A DNA stretch of 64,000 nt from Paragordius varius. Taxonomy: Eukaryota; Animalia; Nematomorpha. Below, one piece after another: positions 38,905 to 51,300 of this stretch. The notes beneath the pieces are model-generated. The model saw only the letters and a list, made by a program, of their open reading frames with translations, was not told the DNA's origin and ran no database searches. Position numbers and translations under genes: made by a program. The DNA lies in contig OZ176055.1 in NCBI GenBank assembly GCA_964247055.1, positions 8,308,001 through 8,372,000 on the forward strand, written 5' to 3'. Numbering within the stretch: position 1 is the stretch's first letter; each line of letters begins with the position of its first letter.

Positions 38905-41900
38905 GGGAAAAATACGGTCGTTTTGTCTGAGTAATTTCAATGAAAAATTAAGGTTTGAAAAGTATAGCCTTATCTTTAGAAATAAAATATTCACCTTTTA
39001 GATATTACGTTTTATATGTATATATTTCATTTAATTTACTGTTTAAAAAGTTTTAGACATAATGCGTCATTCGTCGGACGTTTTTCTTCCAAAAAGTATC
39101 GGGGCGCTTTGCCACCCATAACTTCGGCTTCCTCAAACCCATCTATTAGGAAAGTTCAAGTAATTTCTTCCAGCACATCACCAAACAACTATAAAGCAAT
39201 CAATGATACAACTACGAATCCAAATAATTGTAGTAGGCCTATGCTCCAACGTCAAACCTCTACATCTCTGGAAACGTTAGAAACCAAATCCAAAGCTAAA
39301 AAAGGTTTAATTTTTAAGGCTTATTTATTGCGTTTTCATTTATGTAAAATAAAATGTAAAAAACTCCGTTTAATATACAGTATAAATTGAAATTACGAAA
39401 TATTTTTTGGAAATGACACCAATCAAGTTAAAAATTATATCGCTGTTGATAAAATTGCGCTGTAATTTTGTAAATTTAAAATCTTAGGTGAGGTTGCGTT
39501 AAAAAGAATAAAGTTCAAAGTTTAAAATTAGTTTGTTGCACTTTTTTACCTAAATAACTGTTAAATGACTACAGAATCGCCCTCAATCATTGAACTATCA
39601 ACGGTTCAAAAAATTGCTCTAATATACATTCGTCGCCTTAAATATTTTGTGGCTCGGAGAAAGTTTAAAGAAGCTCTCAAACCGTACGATGTTAAAGATG
39701 TTTTAGAGCAATACTCAGCCGGTCACATTGATTTGTTATCACGGGTTAAAAATCTTCAACATAGGTAACACATCGTTAGCTATAAAATTATTTAGGTTTG
39801 ATATGATACTGGGAAAGCAAGGCACTAAAACCAAAGACTTATACATTTCCAATTACAGTTTAGCTTCCAGGATCGTTAATACAGAACGACAGGTTATAAT
39901 CCTATTATTTGAGGAAAAAATCTTAGTTTGTAAATAAATATAATTGTAATCTTTTCCTCCTATCCTAAAAAGGTCGATGAAATAGAAAAGAAAATTGACG
40001 AAATATTAGAGACTCAAAGAATGGTGTTGGCAACTTTATTGGCTATCAGAAAGCAGGGTAGTGATACATCTCAGTTACAATCGCAAACTAGCCCTGAGGA
40101 TGGTATAAAAACATGCAAATATAAATAGGGTTGATCAAGTTTTTGATCGTTTAAAAAACCGATCGACCACTTATAACTGCACATCTTAACCAGTCATTTA
40201 TATTCAAATGTATAAATATGACTAATTTATTTGAAACCAAAGTGGCCAGACAAATTAAAAATTAGTATAATAGCAATAAATTTGTTCAAAAATTTTAACC
40301 AAGTATATTGAATACTAAATAGGAAAACTAATTAAATAACGTAATATTTTTCTCAAATGCAAAATATGCTTTCCAAATTTTCATATAATATCAGGCGGAA
40401 GCGATAGTAGGTAGGGCGCCGACTCTTAGATTTTGTGTATGGAGTGGCAGAGTTGGATTGCGAAAATTTTTCATCAACCATGTCAATTTGCCATGGGCAG
40501 GCAAGTGTTAAACTTTCACAAGTCCTGATACAAACTAAGCCCTTACTCTTTTAAAAAAAATTTAAACTGTATGTTTATTTATTTTTCTAATTCTGATATA
40601 ATTTCAAAAGCAACAATTAGTTAAAGCCCGTGTCATAATCTTTTGTATTTCGCCCAAGATTAAATTATATTAAAAATCTTTTATTTTTTCTACCTTACCA
40701 AATATATGCAATATACTTTATGATAGATAATAATATAATTATATATTTAGGGGTAAGGTAGACTATTTTGTTAGCCAGCTTTTCATTTATCTAAATATTG
40801 AATGTTTTTTTCCGGCTTTTTTGCTTTTTACATAAGAGCACTACTTAACCCATCGTTACCTTTTCATTTTTTGTAGGCGCTCACATTTTGGGGTTGTTTT
40901 ACTATCCAATAAACTTATAAAAAATTAAGCTTTGATAAATGTTTTGGTCAAAATTTAATTATCCAGTATCCTGTATTATAAATTCTATAATTACTTTTAT
41001 TTTAATGACCATGATTGACATAGGTCCAAAGGGCGATTGAAACAAACAGCTGATATGATTAATAAATATCAAAAATTTGGTGCTAAAATGAAATTTTAAG
41101 TTTTTTGAAGTTAATTATTTATTATTAACTAAACTATTAATTTCTCTGCCTGTTGTTTAAACGATTCAAAAAAATCCACAGAAAAAAATGGTGGCGAAAA
41201 AAGTTGAGATGGGGATGTTTTTACATTTTTATAATTTTTAATAAGAATTTTGAATCATGCGCTTAAAAGGCTTAAGAATGCACATTTTTATATTCGAAAT
41301 CGCATTGGGGTATAGAACTAGCCCAATTAGAGTTTAAATATATAAGTTAAAAGTATAGTTTTATAACTTAATAATTAAGAAGATTTGAAAATATTTCTTA
41401 TTTATAGCTTTAATATGAATCCTTCATAGTCCCCAGCCTTTACCCAAAATATAATTTTGTTTTTGATAGTAGCTAAGGTTGAAAAAGTCGATATAATTTT
41501 TTTAAGCCCAACTCTAAAATCTTCAAAGTGCATTTATCTATCAGATTCATCTATATATTTATAAAAATGGAAAATGCTGGCTTTGTGATCTGTTTCTGGA
41601 AGACCGGTAGACCCATTCAAATCCAAATGTCGAAAAAATATAATCATTAATGAATGGCCCAACAGCTTCGCCCTTTTTTGAATTAGGACCCCAGTTCGGG
41701 CCCGCCCCGTGTGATAAACGGGTCGAAGTCTACAAAAATCGTGTCTTTGAGACAATTTTCCGGAGGACGTGTAGGACCATTCGATTTCAAATATAATTTT
41801 TTTACCTTTTTTTGATTTCGCCCAACCTCACATTTTTAAAATAGGCCCTCTTTTTACCCGCTCCCCCCCCCGTAAAATGTCATTTTTTCAAAAAAACAAG

Positions 41901-44895
41901 TCCACAAAAATAATTTTTAGAATCTATTATTCGCCCAAGGTATAAAACCGTAAATATTCAATGAGATTATTAGGTGTTCCCTGTTAAAAGGCAAAAATTA
42001 TGGTCGTGCGTTTGTTTATATTGGCTGCTGGGTAAGGAGATACCCGCTAAAAACTGCCCCGTCATACCTAAATAGCGTCAGAAAACTTATCTGGCCATAT
42101 GAGTACAATAGAAGCTTAAATATTACCCTTAACAAGGCAAATATATACAAAGTGCGGTTTTTTAAAATTACCGTTTATTAGTCCCTTCGTGCCCTGAAAA
42201 ATGCGCCACCATAGAATGATTTAGTTTTGAGGTAATTTTTCAAAAAATCAATGAGAGCATATGGAATCAATCATTATTCCAGGTATTCTCCGTAAAAAGG
42301 CAAAATTTAAGCCCAGCGGTTTTTTAAATCAGCGGTTAATTAGACCATTTCCCTGAAAAATGCGTCTCCATATACAGGTATTACCCGAATTAAGGCAAAA
42401 ATTTTAATCGGGTGTTATGTTTCGCCCCTGGTTAGGGTACCCGCATAAAACTGCGTCACCATATCGACATGCCTTTGGAGCCGAATTTTAGAAAACCTAA
42501 AAAACTGATAGGAACATATGGAATCCATAATAATTCCAAATATTCCCCATATAAAGGCAAAAATTTTGTCAAACGCTTTTTTATACCTGCCCCTGGGTAA
42601 GGAGCTACCCGCCAAAAACTGCCCCAGAAATTGCGTACTTTTGAAGCGAATTTTCAGAAAATTGAAGCCAGATGAACTCATTAAAAGCTTGAAATATTAG
42701 CCGTACTAGGTAAAAAAAGTCAGGGTTTTTTTTATTAACCGTTAATTTTAGGCCCTATGCCCTAATAACATTAGTGCTAGGGTTTTTTTTCGAATAACCC
42801 ATGAGACGATGGTATCAAAGATGATTCCAAATATTTGTCCTATAAAGAGAAAGAATTCAACTCAGAGCTTTTTCCATATAGGTCTATGGGTAGGGGTCTA
42901 CCGGTTTAAAACTGAGACGCCATACAAAAATAGCGTGGTTTTGGAGCAAATTTTCAAAAACTTAAGAAGCCATACGAGTTCAGTTAATTAAATTTCTGTG
43001 GAATTGGTATAATATCATTCTTTCCTTAAAAAAGAAACCACACATTTATTTTTATATTCCTTAACACTTGAATACAACTTCATTTCAGTCCTTCGATTCA
43101 AATTGGGGTATTTTGATACCCCAGGGTTGTTTAAAATTAAATTCTTCAAAAAATATGGAAGAAATCGACGGCAAATTGCACTTATATAACATTAATAAAC
43201 CGAAATATATAAAAAAAAATTTATTTATAACTACTTGATATTATTTATTTTAAGCTAAAACCGAAAGGTAAAAATTTAGTCGACGTGACATGTGTGCAAT
43301 GGTAAAATTGAAAAATAATACAAAATAAACCTATTTTTCTATCAATGTTAGATGTAATTCAAATAATAGCTTTAATATTCCCCTTAAAATTAAATGAAGA
43401 CGATATTTTGCAAAAATGGCATCGAAGTAATTTGACATGGAACTTTTTTTTATAACAAAATTTATTTAGATACTTTGGAATATTCATATTAATTTTATTA
43501 GGATAGAAGCATAAATTCAAATTGCGACCGTCCCTTCCGTATTTTTTTTAAAATCATAACTTATCTGGGGTATTTAAATAACCCAATTTGAATCGAAGTG
43601 TTAATCCCAGTTGTGCGAACACAATTTCAAAATAAAACTTTTAACCATGATTTAGTAAAACGAAAATTTTTAAAATAAACCCAATAATTGTTGAATATTA
43701 ACTTTAATAAGGGACAGTTTTAATATGGTCTATATCGAGTATATTTGAGGCAAAAATCCGTAAAAGAATAATAATTAAAGACATTCTTTTTATAAATATG
43801 TTTTAGTTATCTCCATTATATCTATTTATTGCAAATTATTAAGAATAATTATTGGTGAAACTACGTCGCGAAGCGTGACAGGGCCAGCTATTATTTTGTA
43901 TTAATTTGTTTGCACAATAATAAGTTTTAATGTTATTATGCGTTAAAATGGTCTTTTTGATACTTAAGAAGCGCGTTCAATGGTGGCATTAATAAATGTG
44001 GAGTCAAAATAACTTTTTTAAAAATTATGCAATTAAAATAGTGACATATTTAAGTTTTGTTTACTCATTCTAATAGCTACAAATTACATCATTTGAGTCA
44101 AATCGCTCTAACCGATACTTAGATATTAGCATTTACAAAGTGTAAAGTTATCTAATTTATTATTCATAAATATTATATGATTTTGTTCAATTAACATATA
44201 TATTACATTTGTTAAGAGTCCGAATAATAGACATAATTAACAAGAATACTAAAAACCCATTTTTAATTATACATTATTTTTGGCATGCTATTATATCATA
44301 TCTGGTTCACAAAAATTTTTGACCTCTTACTCTAAGGATTAAAATCATATTTATACAGTTATAAAACTTTACATGGGCTTACATCCGAAAGTTATAAAAA
44401 GTTTTATTATATAGTTTCAATTTTGAATGATATTTTTAATTTTTAAATTTATTTATAGATAAACAGACAATGGTGCATCAAAATATCCTCATGAATCAAA
44501 ACATTATTGAATGTGATAATCCCAATGATAATGATGTTAATCCTTACATAAAACAACAACAAGAAATTATGGTACCATCTACGCTGCCCGCTACAAAAGT
44601 TGAATCACTCAAGCTTAGTGGTTTCAAGCGGTCTAACCCAACCAATTATCAAAGTTTACGTAGGAAACAAAAAATACGCCGGGTAAAACAAAAAACGCAT
44701 CTCTTCCCTAGTATCAAACCCGCAACAACTCTCCAACTCCATGAGAATGAACAAGAAAAATTTAAAACGACTGAATTAAATTTTGACAATGAACAATCTG
44801 ACGATAAAACTAATCATATGCATTTGACGACATTGAATCGCTTTTCATCCCAAAAACCGATTTTAACTGATATACCAGAAGAAAATATAATGTGA
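27894..44895 (+). CDS. KCNQ: Voltage-gated potassium channel KCNQ/Kv7 family (~767 aa), 12 exons
   Basis: Exons: 27894-28249, 30055-30145, 30788-30914, 30976-31151, 33242-33370, 33513-33623, 36350-36561, 39057-39304, 39575-39764, 39796-39892, 39973-40102, 44459-44895. Total 2304 nt, in frame. Motifs: [10 protein letters not shown]; S4 [28 protein letters not shown]; pore [18 protein letters not shown]; S6 [18 protein letters not shown]; CaM helix A IQSLWRCY; helix [25 protein letters not shown]. The last exon has no recognisable homology and is assigned only by acceptor phase and its open frame (less certain). Confidence 0.93.
29180..29480 (+). mobile_element. Penelope-like retroelement relic (GIY-YIG endonuclease and C-terminus), KCNQ intron 1
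   Basis: Translation [45 protein letters not shown] matches the Penelope GVY..YIGQT..R..EH..AIAEH..GH pattern. Downstream [14 protein letters not shown] matches the Penelope C-terminal motif. The relic contains an in-frame stop. Confidence 0.75.
31929..33071. mobile_element. Second copy of the CACTG foldback element (KCNQ intron 4)
   Basis: TAA|CACTGTGTGCAAAAA ... TTTTTGCACACAGTG|TAA. It shares the internal landmarks GTGGAATATCAACCAA..AATCCGT.CA.ATCCC and GGGATTTGTA.GGATT with 17769-18975. Confidence 0.8.
34045..36180. mobile_element. Foldback element (~350-bp arms) whose centre holds the Helitron fragment triplet
   Basis: AATCGCATTTCGCACAGATCGAATAAAATTAAATACA (~34053) is inverted at ~36130-36175. 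TTGGCGTCAATT is inverted as AATTTGACGCCAA (~35990). Boundaries are approximate. Confidence 0.55.
34430..35808 (-). mobile_element. Three head-to-tail 5'-terminal fragments of the same Helitron family (KCNQ intron 6)
   Basis: Reverse-complement matches to 41550-42050 occur at ~34430-34790 (ends in an intact TC terminus, +strand ...AAATATATCGA|T), ~34880-35260 and ~35280-35808. Shared blocks include TTTACGGGGG(G/T)AGCGGGTAAAAAG, GGGCGAAGCTATTGTCGGGGCATTCATTGATGA (first two copies) and CCAGCATTTTCCATTTTTATAAATATAT (first and third). Confidence 0.8.
37759..38793. mobile_element. ~1-kb foldback element adjacent to (TA)n (KCNQ intron 7)
   Basis: Termini CTGATAGAAAA ... TTTTCTCAG flanked by TATATA. 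Long inverted arms (e.g. AGATGTGGGCTCC / GGAGCCCACATCT; AAAAACGCTTTTAG / CTAAAAGCGTTTTT). A related copy lies at 54666-55600. Confidence 0.7.
38794..38903. repeat. (TA)n microsatellite tracts
   Basis: Two long TA runs are directly visible. Others occur at ~52897-52920, 58355-58386 and 61445-61470. Confidence 0.9.
41550..43891 (+). mobile_element. Helitron-like element (copy 3, most complete) in the last KCNQ intron, interrupted by a MITE
   Basis: 5' end A|TCTATATATTTATAAAAATGGAAAATGCTGG. The 3' end is GTCGCGAAGCGTGAC hairpin + AGGGCCAGCTA, matching copy 1 except that the terminal G is absent. Tandem ~150-160-bp units span ~41985-43000. A TTAA-flanked MITE is inserted at 43065-43600. Confidence 0.8.
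43065..43600. mobile_element. piggyBac-like MITE nested inside Helitron copy 3
   Basis: TTAA at 43061-43064 and 43601-43604; TIR ...CCCAATTTGAATCGAAGTG. The empty site is visible in Helitron copy 1 (CCCTTGATCCCAGCTG at ~3140). Confidence 0.85.
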
Positions 44896-47800
44896 ATTAG
44901 GGATCGAACTCAAAACCATACTTATCGAAAAAGCTTGGTGCTAAAAAACAATCCTTGATTATTATTTCGTAAAAAAAGATGTGCTTACATTTGGTCAAAC
45001 AGAGAGAAAAGTTTTAGAATAGAATTGAGAGGAACAAATAAATCTAGTCATCAAAATCGTCAAACATTTACAATATATTACTTTATAATGATATGTATTA
45101 CTTTTTTTGTACATGGTCAACTATATAATAATGCCCGCATTTATTATATATTTTTACTAACACCAACCAATAAATAAATAAATAAATAAATTGTACAAAA
45201 AAGTTTTTTAACATCCATGCGTTTTTATAAATAATTTATGTGACCTGTTCAGGTTTTAGTTAAATATCCTCGAAAAGTTTTTATATGAAAAATAAAAGTT
45301 ATGTTCGGAAAAATAGTAAAGGATAATTTCGGATTTGTTTCAAATTTATATATTTAAGTATTTAGTTTTAATGTATATAGATTATTAAAATAAATAGGGG
45401 ATTAGGTATCATTTCCTTGTACATCTATATATATATATATATTCTATTAACGAAATAATTGATAAATTTTTTTATAAAAAATTAATACATTATATAAATG
45501 AATCACTATAGATTACTTTGTGGTATTTTTTTAACAAAATAATTTTGATCATAAATTATTAAAATAACCCACAGATGTTAAAATAATTATCCGTCTATGA
45601 CGCAAATCCCTAAAAATACCATTTCAATAATAATATTTCTGTTCAAACGAATCAAATGAAATTTATATTTTTGCCAATACTTTCAATTATTTTTTGAACA
45701 TTCGATTATTGGGTTCAAATTCAAATAAATTTTATATTAAGCAACATCTAGGACTGATATAACAAAATGTATGGTTTTTTTAAAATGAATTTAATTTTAT
45801 TTACAAGACTTGGAATAATCATAGTTTCCAGTAGCATATGGTTTAAAAGCAACTATTGTCATGATTAAAACAATTCTCACTTAGATGACGTAACATTAAT
45901 TTTCATTTTATTGCAATCAGACTCTATTACAAATCAGACCATACTGTACTGTATATACAGCGCGTCTCAAACAATTTTTATAATACAATATATACAATAG
46001 ATTTCATACCAGAAAAATATGCACACAAGTACAGGAATAAAAATTTTATTGAACCAAAATTCTAAATAAAAATAATTAAAAATATAATATATATGAATAT
46101 GAGTACTCAGCTAAATAAATAAATATATTATCAGCAATTGTAATTAAGATATATATATATAGAGCGCAAATCTATTGTTTTTTTGCGTTTTTCCAATACA
46201 TATAAATTACAATATTCGTGTATATTGTAATATATTAATATACTATTTTTGCATGTACAAATTTTTAAGTTATAACTGGAAATAATATAAGTATTTCATA
46301 ATACAAAATATCATCTTTATCATATTATTTCCACCGTTAATTATCATTTTTTGATCCATTTTAAACAGCGCCACTGTAAAATCTCCATATTTCGTGATGT
46401 ATATACACACAGTTATAACCCCCCTTACACAGTTTAAAAACAAACAAACAATATATTAATATATTACATTATGTTATGGGGAATATATGGGAAAAAAACA
46501 AAAGACACAATGTGTAGTATCTTTCGTATATATTAACGCCATGTCAACATATGAAGCATATTTATAATATATATATGTATATATTGTTTACGCGATATTA
46601 CAATAAGAAAATTTTTGCATATATATATCGCTATTTTTACCGTTATTATTCATTATCGGCATACAAATTTCAATTTATTTCACTACTTTGTAACGAGATA
46701 CATAACAAATTATATATATAAATAGTTTATGGCTAAATATGCCAAAAATATTATGTTGTGCATTCTAATTACCCACAAAAACTAAAATAGGATAAGTTAA
46801 TTTTATCAAACCTATAATTCCGGTTCATTTCCATATTTTTATATTCAAATATCGATAATGAACTATTCAATTTTATTCAATAATGGCATATTCCAAAAAA
46901 CACTTTGAATATACCTTGAATATATCTTATAAATTTAGCAGGAATGCACTGGGAAATGGTGCTCAATCGCTTACCAGACAAAAATATTCTTATACATTAA
47001 TATGTTGAAGAATTCATCATAACATATAATCTATAAAGGTAAAAATATTAAATGAATCTTTTTTAGCTAACTTCATGGTCAGTAACGGTCTTACATTCTG
47101 GTAGTTTGTCCGCAAAAAATAATTTAGAATTTATGACTAAGGCTATAACTGTATTATGTGTTTTAAACCGAAAATATTAACATTCATTGTAAACTATTGC
47201 ATTTGCGTGCTATTTTCTGTAGGAGTAATTAATAAAATTATTAACTTTAACTAAATAAAGTCTAAAAAAATAGTATCATAATTTATTATCCAAAATATTT
47301 GCCCTTAAATATCCATATCCGATCACCGCCAGATTCCTAGCCGATTGATGGAAAACACACATAACAAGCCTTTTTATTTATATAATTCTTTCTGCGCTAA
47401 AATTTACACATTAAAACAATCATAGATTGATACTAATCATATCTGATTTCATATACTTTTTGTTATATAACCCCTTTCAAAAGATTTGTTAATTAAAAAC
47501 CGTATCATTTTTTCGCAGTATTGCAAAGTATTCTCTGGAAGACTAAAAATATTGCATTTTGAGTGGAGCTAAAACATATTTTCCCTCATTGGTAAGAAAC
47601 AATATACATGTGGGAATTAGAGATTTCGTAAACTACAACTCTTCACATATATGTATACGTAGGATAACATGGATTATTATATATTTTAGATGTCATGTAT
47701 GTTATAATTATATAATTAGTTTTTTATATTAATTAATTTTTACTCTATTTTTGTGTATACATATATGTTTTATCAATAATATTTTCACATCTTTCTATAC

Positions 47801-48332
47801 CTCGTATCATGTGCACTCACTGTTAGCTGTTTTACAATGTAAAAATATTTTTTAGCTAAAACAAAACGCTTTTACTTGTAAATTTAAAAATATTTTATGA
47901 TAAATTTTTTTGATGGCTCGCTTTACTTAAGTTGTCTCATTCTTCTTGGATAGTATATGTTTAGCACGCACCAGGAATATTTAATTATTTTATTATTATG
48001 ATTGTTTTTCCTTAACAGTAAGTAATTTTTTTGTTTAAATCATATCATTAATGTAAAAGCCTGTTCTTGTGCTTTTTTGTAGTTTTAGCTTGTTGTCAAA
48101 AAAAACTCTTTAAATCTTTATTAGAAAAATTTTTTTCAAAATTTTACGGTGAACTACAAACAAGTACTTTTCCAAATAAAAAAAATTTAATGGCCATAGC
48201 GTTCCAAAGGTTTTTTAAACATTTTATATAAGACCTTGATGCATTTTATGCAAAATGAGCTAAATTTATTTATTGAGATATTGGTTATATCATTTTTACT
48301 TTATAGGTTTTGGTAAATTATAGGCCCCAAAA

Positions 48333-51300
48333 ATGACGACAGGAAAATGGGCCAAGTTATCACCGCTGGAATTTGCTCAATTGCAGGAGTATTTAACATG
48401 TAAAAATATGTTATTATTAACTTTTTAATTTTTTTTGGTTGTTTATAAAATTTTTATTATAATTAGATACGAATAAAAAAGTGAAGGATGTCCTTGAAGA
48501 ATTTAAACCTGGTGGATTGCTCTGTGAATACAACCCGGAAGAAGTAAGATTTAATTATTTAGAATTAATATATGGAATTTGTAATTGTTTTGAAGCTTTT
48601 GAAGGGAATATATATTTGTTGTTCGTATAGCTAAAAATGCAATGCCAAAAGATAGTAGCAATGGCACGAACTAATAATAATTTTAAAATTTTTAATCTGT
48701 GATTTTTTGATTCAATTTACGATTTAAAAAATCAAAATAGACATTAATAATTTATAAAAGATCCAATATATGGTTAGAATTAAAAAAACATTGCAAATTA
48801 CAAATATGAAATTATCCAAATACGAATTAGAAGGTTTACATTTGAATATAACCATTTTATCAGTTGTTTGACGCGTCTTGATTTGGTGCACATTTCGCTT
48901 GAATGCCGTTTGTTAACTAGTTCATTCCCCTATCTAACCATGATAATCACCAATTATTAATTAATTGATTAACATTGTGTAATTTATAATACCATTTACA
49001 CTTCAAATTCACCCTAAAAATTAAGTGTTTTAAATTTTAAAAATTACCATCTTTTATATGTTAAAGAAATAAAGCTTTGCATATTAACAATACTGAAAAA
49101 ATATAAGACTATGCCAAAATAAATATATCATATTAATGGTTTAAATTGGCCCAAATTCACTTATTTTCTTCTTGGGGTGAATTTAGTACTGGGTGAATTT
49201 GAGGTGTAAATGGTAAATTATATATTAAAAATATGTCTATTATTTTTTACCTACTATTTTAGCCGATTAATTATGAGGTTTTCAAAAAATTCATGGACAT
49301 ATATCTCGATATGGATGCGCCTGATGAATTATGCAAACATCTTTTTATGTCCTTCGTTAAAACAATACCCGCTATAACGAATCCCACACACCCCGTAGCG
49401 GATACAAGTGCAAACACGATTGATTATGCACCTAATCAAATTATTTTGGAAAAAGAAGGTAATCACAATAAAAATTAAAATTATATGGACAAAACTGTTA
49501 AAACTCAAAAAAGACAACCATACTTTTTTAAACCTTTATACAATATATCATTAGAATTTTGATTATGATTAACTGGTGGTAACTAATTTACATTTCTATT
49601 CCTTATTTTGCAACATAAAACTATATGTATTATAGTTGTTTTTTTTGAAAAAAAATCTTCCCTAAATTTTTCCGTTTTGTCTATCAATCTTTTTTTCACT
49701 GTACTTAATTATTCTAACGACGCAATATTTTGAAAAACATAATTATTTAAATTTGTAGTTGTAGTTTTCATGGACAAATATGATTAAGCAATAATTTTTC
49801 AAACAATTGTAAAATGAAAAATTTTCATGCTTCATACATTGCTAATATAAAAATTACAAGTAAATAAGTTTAAATAATAGGTATAAAAATTACCAGAATT
49901 TCAAAATATTTATGTATATTGAATAGAAAATTTGAATCAAAAATATTTTTAATATGCTCAGATTGGCTAAAAACTTGATTGTTTGTTTTTTAGTATTATA
50001 GGATAATATTTTAATATTTATGCGTCTATTAAATCCCTTATTTTGATTTTGTTAAAATCAAGCAAAAACCATCTTTTTATATTGACCCTTGTAAATCTAT
50101 ACAAGCGCTACCGCTCGATTAGTAAAATCAATAAAACCTTTAATTTATTATTTTTTTTATATTTGTCATTATGATATTAAACATATTAAATTATAATGCA
50201 AGTTTGAAAATACGTTCCTATATATCATCCCAAAATGACAATCGAATTTTATCTTACATAAAAATTATGCTGTGTTGCATATCGCATTGATTTTATAAAG
50301 ATATAATAGCACAGTTGACACACAAAATATCTTGATGAATATTCTGAGAGAAAAATGCATTAGTATTCTTAAGTTTCTTTTAATTTTGGGCCTTACGAGT
50401 CATTTAAGAACAATATTTGCATTTTTATTTTAAACTTCTCCGCATCGAAAAATCGCAGCTCACATTATACTAAATAAAATATTTTTGGTGAAAATTAAAT
50501 GCTTCATTCCAAAAAATATCATTAATAAATTTTAATTTTAAATGTGGGCCCAAACCTATTATCTAAAAAACGTGAATTAACATTTCTAAAGAATTGCATA
50601 TGAAAAATGTTTTTTTTTAACTGAAAAAGTGAAAAATATGCCATATATGCTCATAAAATATTGCAAAAGTATAAAGATAAAGGTTTTTTCAACAAATAAA
50701 ATACATCGGCCAATTACACGCGTCTACAAAAAGAAATTTATGATTTTACAGTTTATTCATATAAAATTTAATTTCACTTTATCAATTTTTTATTGAAGTT
50801 GCTTAACATTTATATACAACAAATTTATTCAGTCTTGCGTTTATTGGAGTTTTTGGGAACACCAAGCCTGTTTAAAATAAAAAAATTTAAAAATATGGAA
50901 CAATTTGAAACTATTGCATCAATATGCACTTATATTACATTGATGCACCGAAATATAAACAAAGATTCATAAAAAAAATTGATATTACCTATTTTATGGA
51001 TCTCAAGGTAAAAATTTAGTCCATATGTCATGTTTGCAGTTAATTTAAAAATAATTCCAAAAAACACCTCTTTTTCTGTTTATATCAATGTTATCAGAAC
51101 CAAAAAATTAGCTTTATTTTAGCGTTGGAATAAAAAACACGATATTTCGCAAAAATGTTGTAAAATAGTAATGGCTACATATGGAACTTTTATTCATAAC
51201 TAAATTCTATTAGATATTTGGCTTATATATAATGTTATTTAGGATAATAGCATAAAAATTTTAAACCGTTTTTTTCAGTAGTTTTTCAAAAATATTAACT

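Noticed and set aside
44896-48300. tRNA, rRNA or snRNA genes in the long AT-rich KCNQ-DGK interval or elsewhere
   Set aside because: No cloverleaf/A-B box, rRNA or Sm-site snRNA signatures are recognisable; it looks like 3' UTR and intergenic DNA.
48302-48332. Acceptor AG 9 nt before the DGK ATG as a trans-splice (SL) site
   Set aside because: It is equally explained by an ordinary 5'-UTR intron. No SL RNA gene or operon-like short intergenic spacing is seen in the window.
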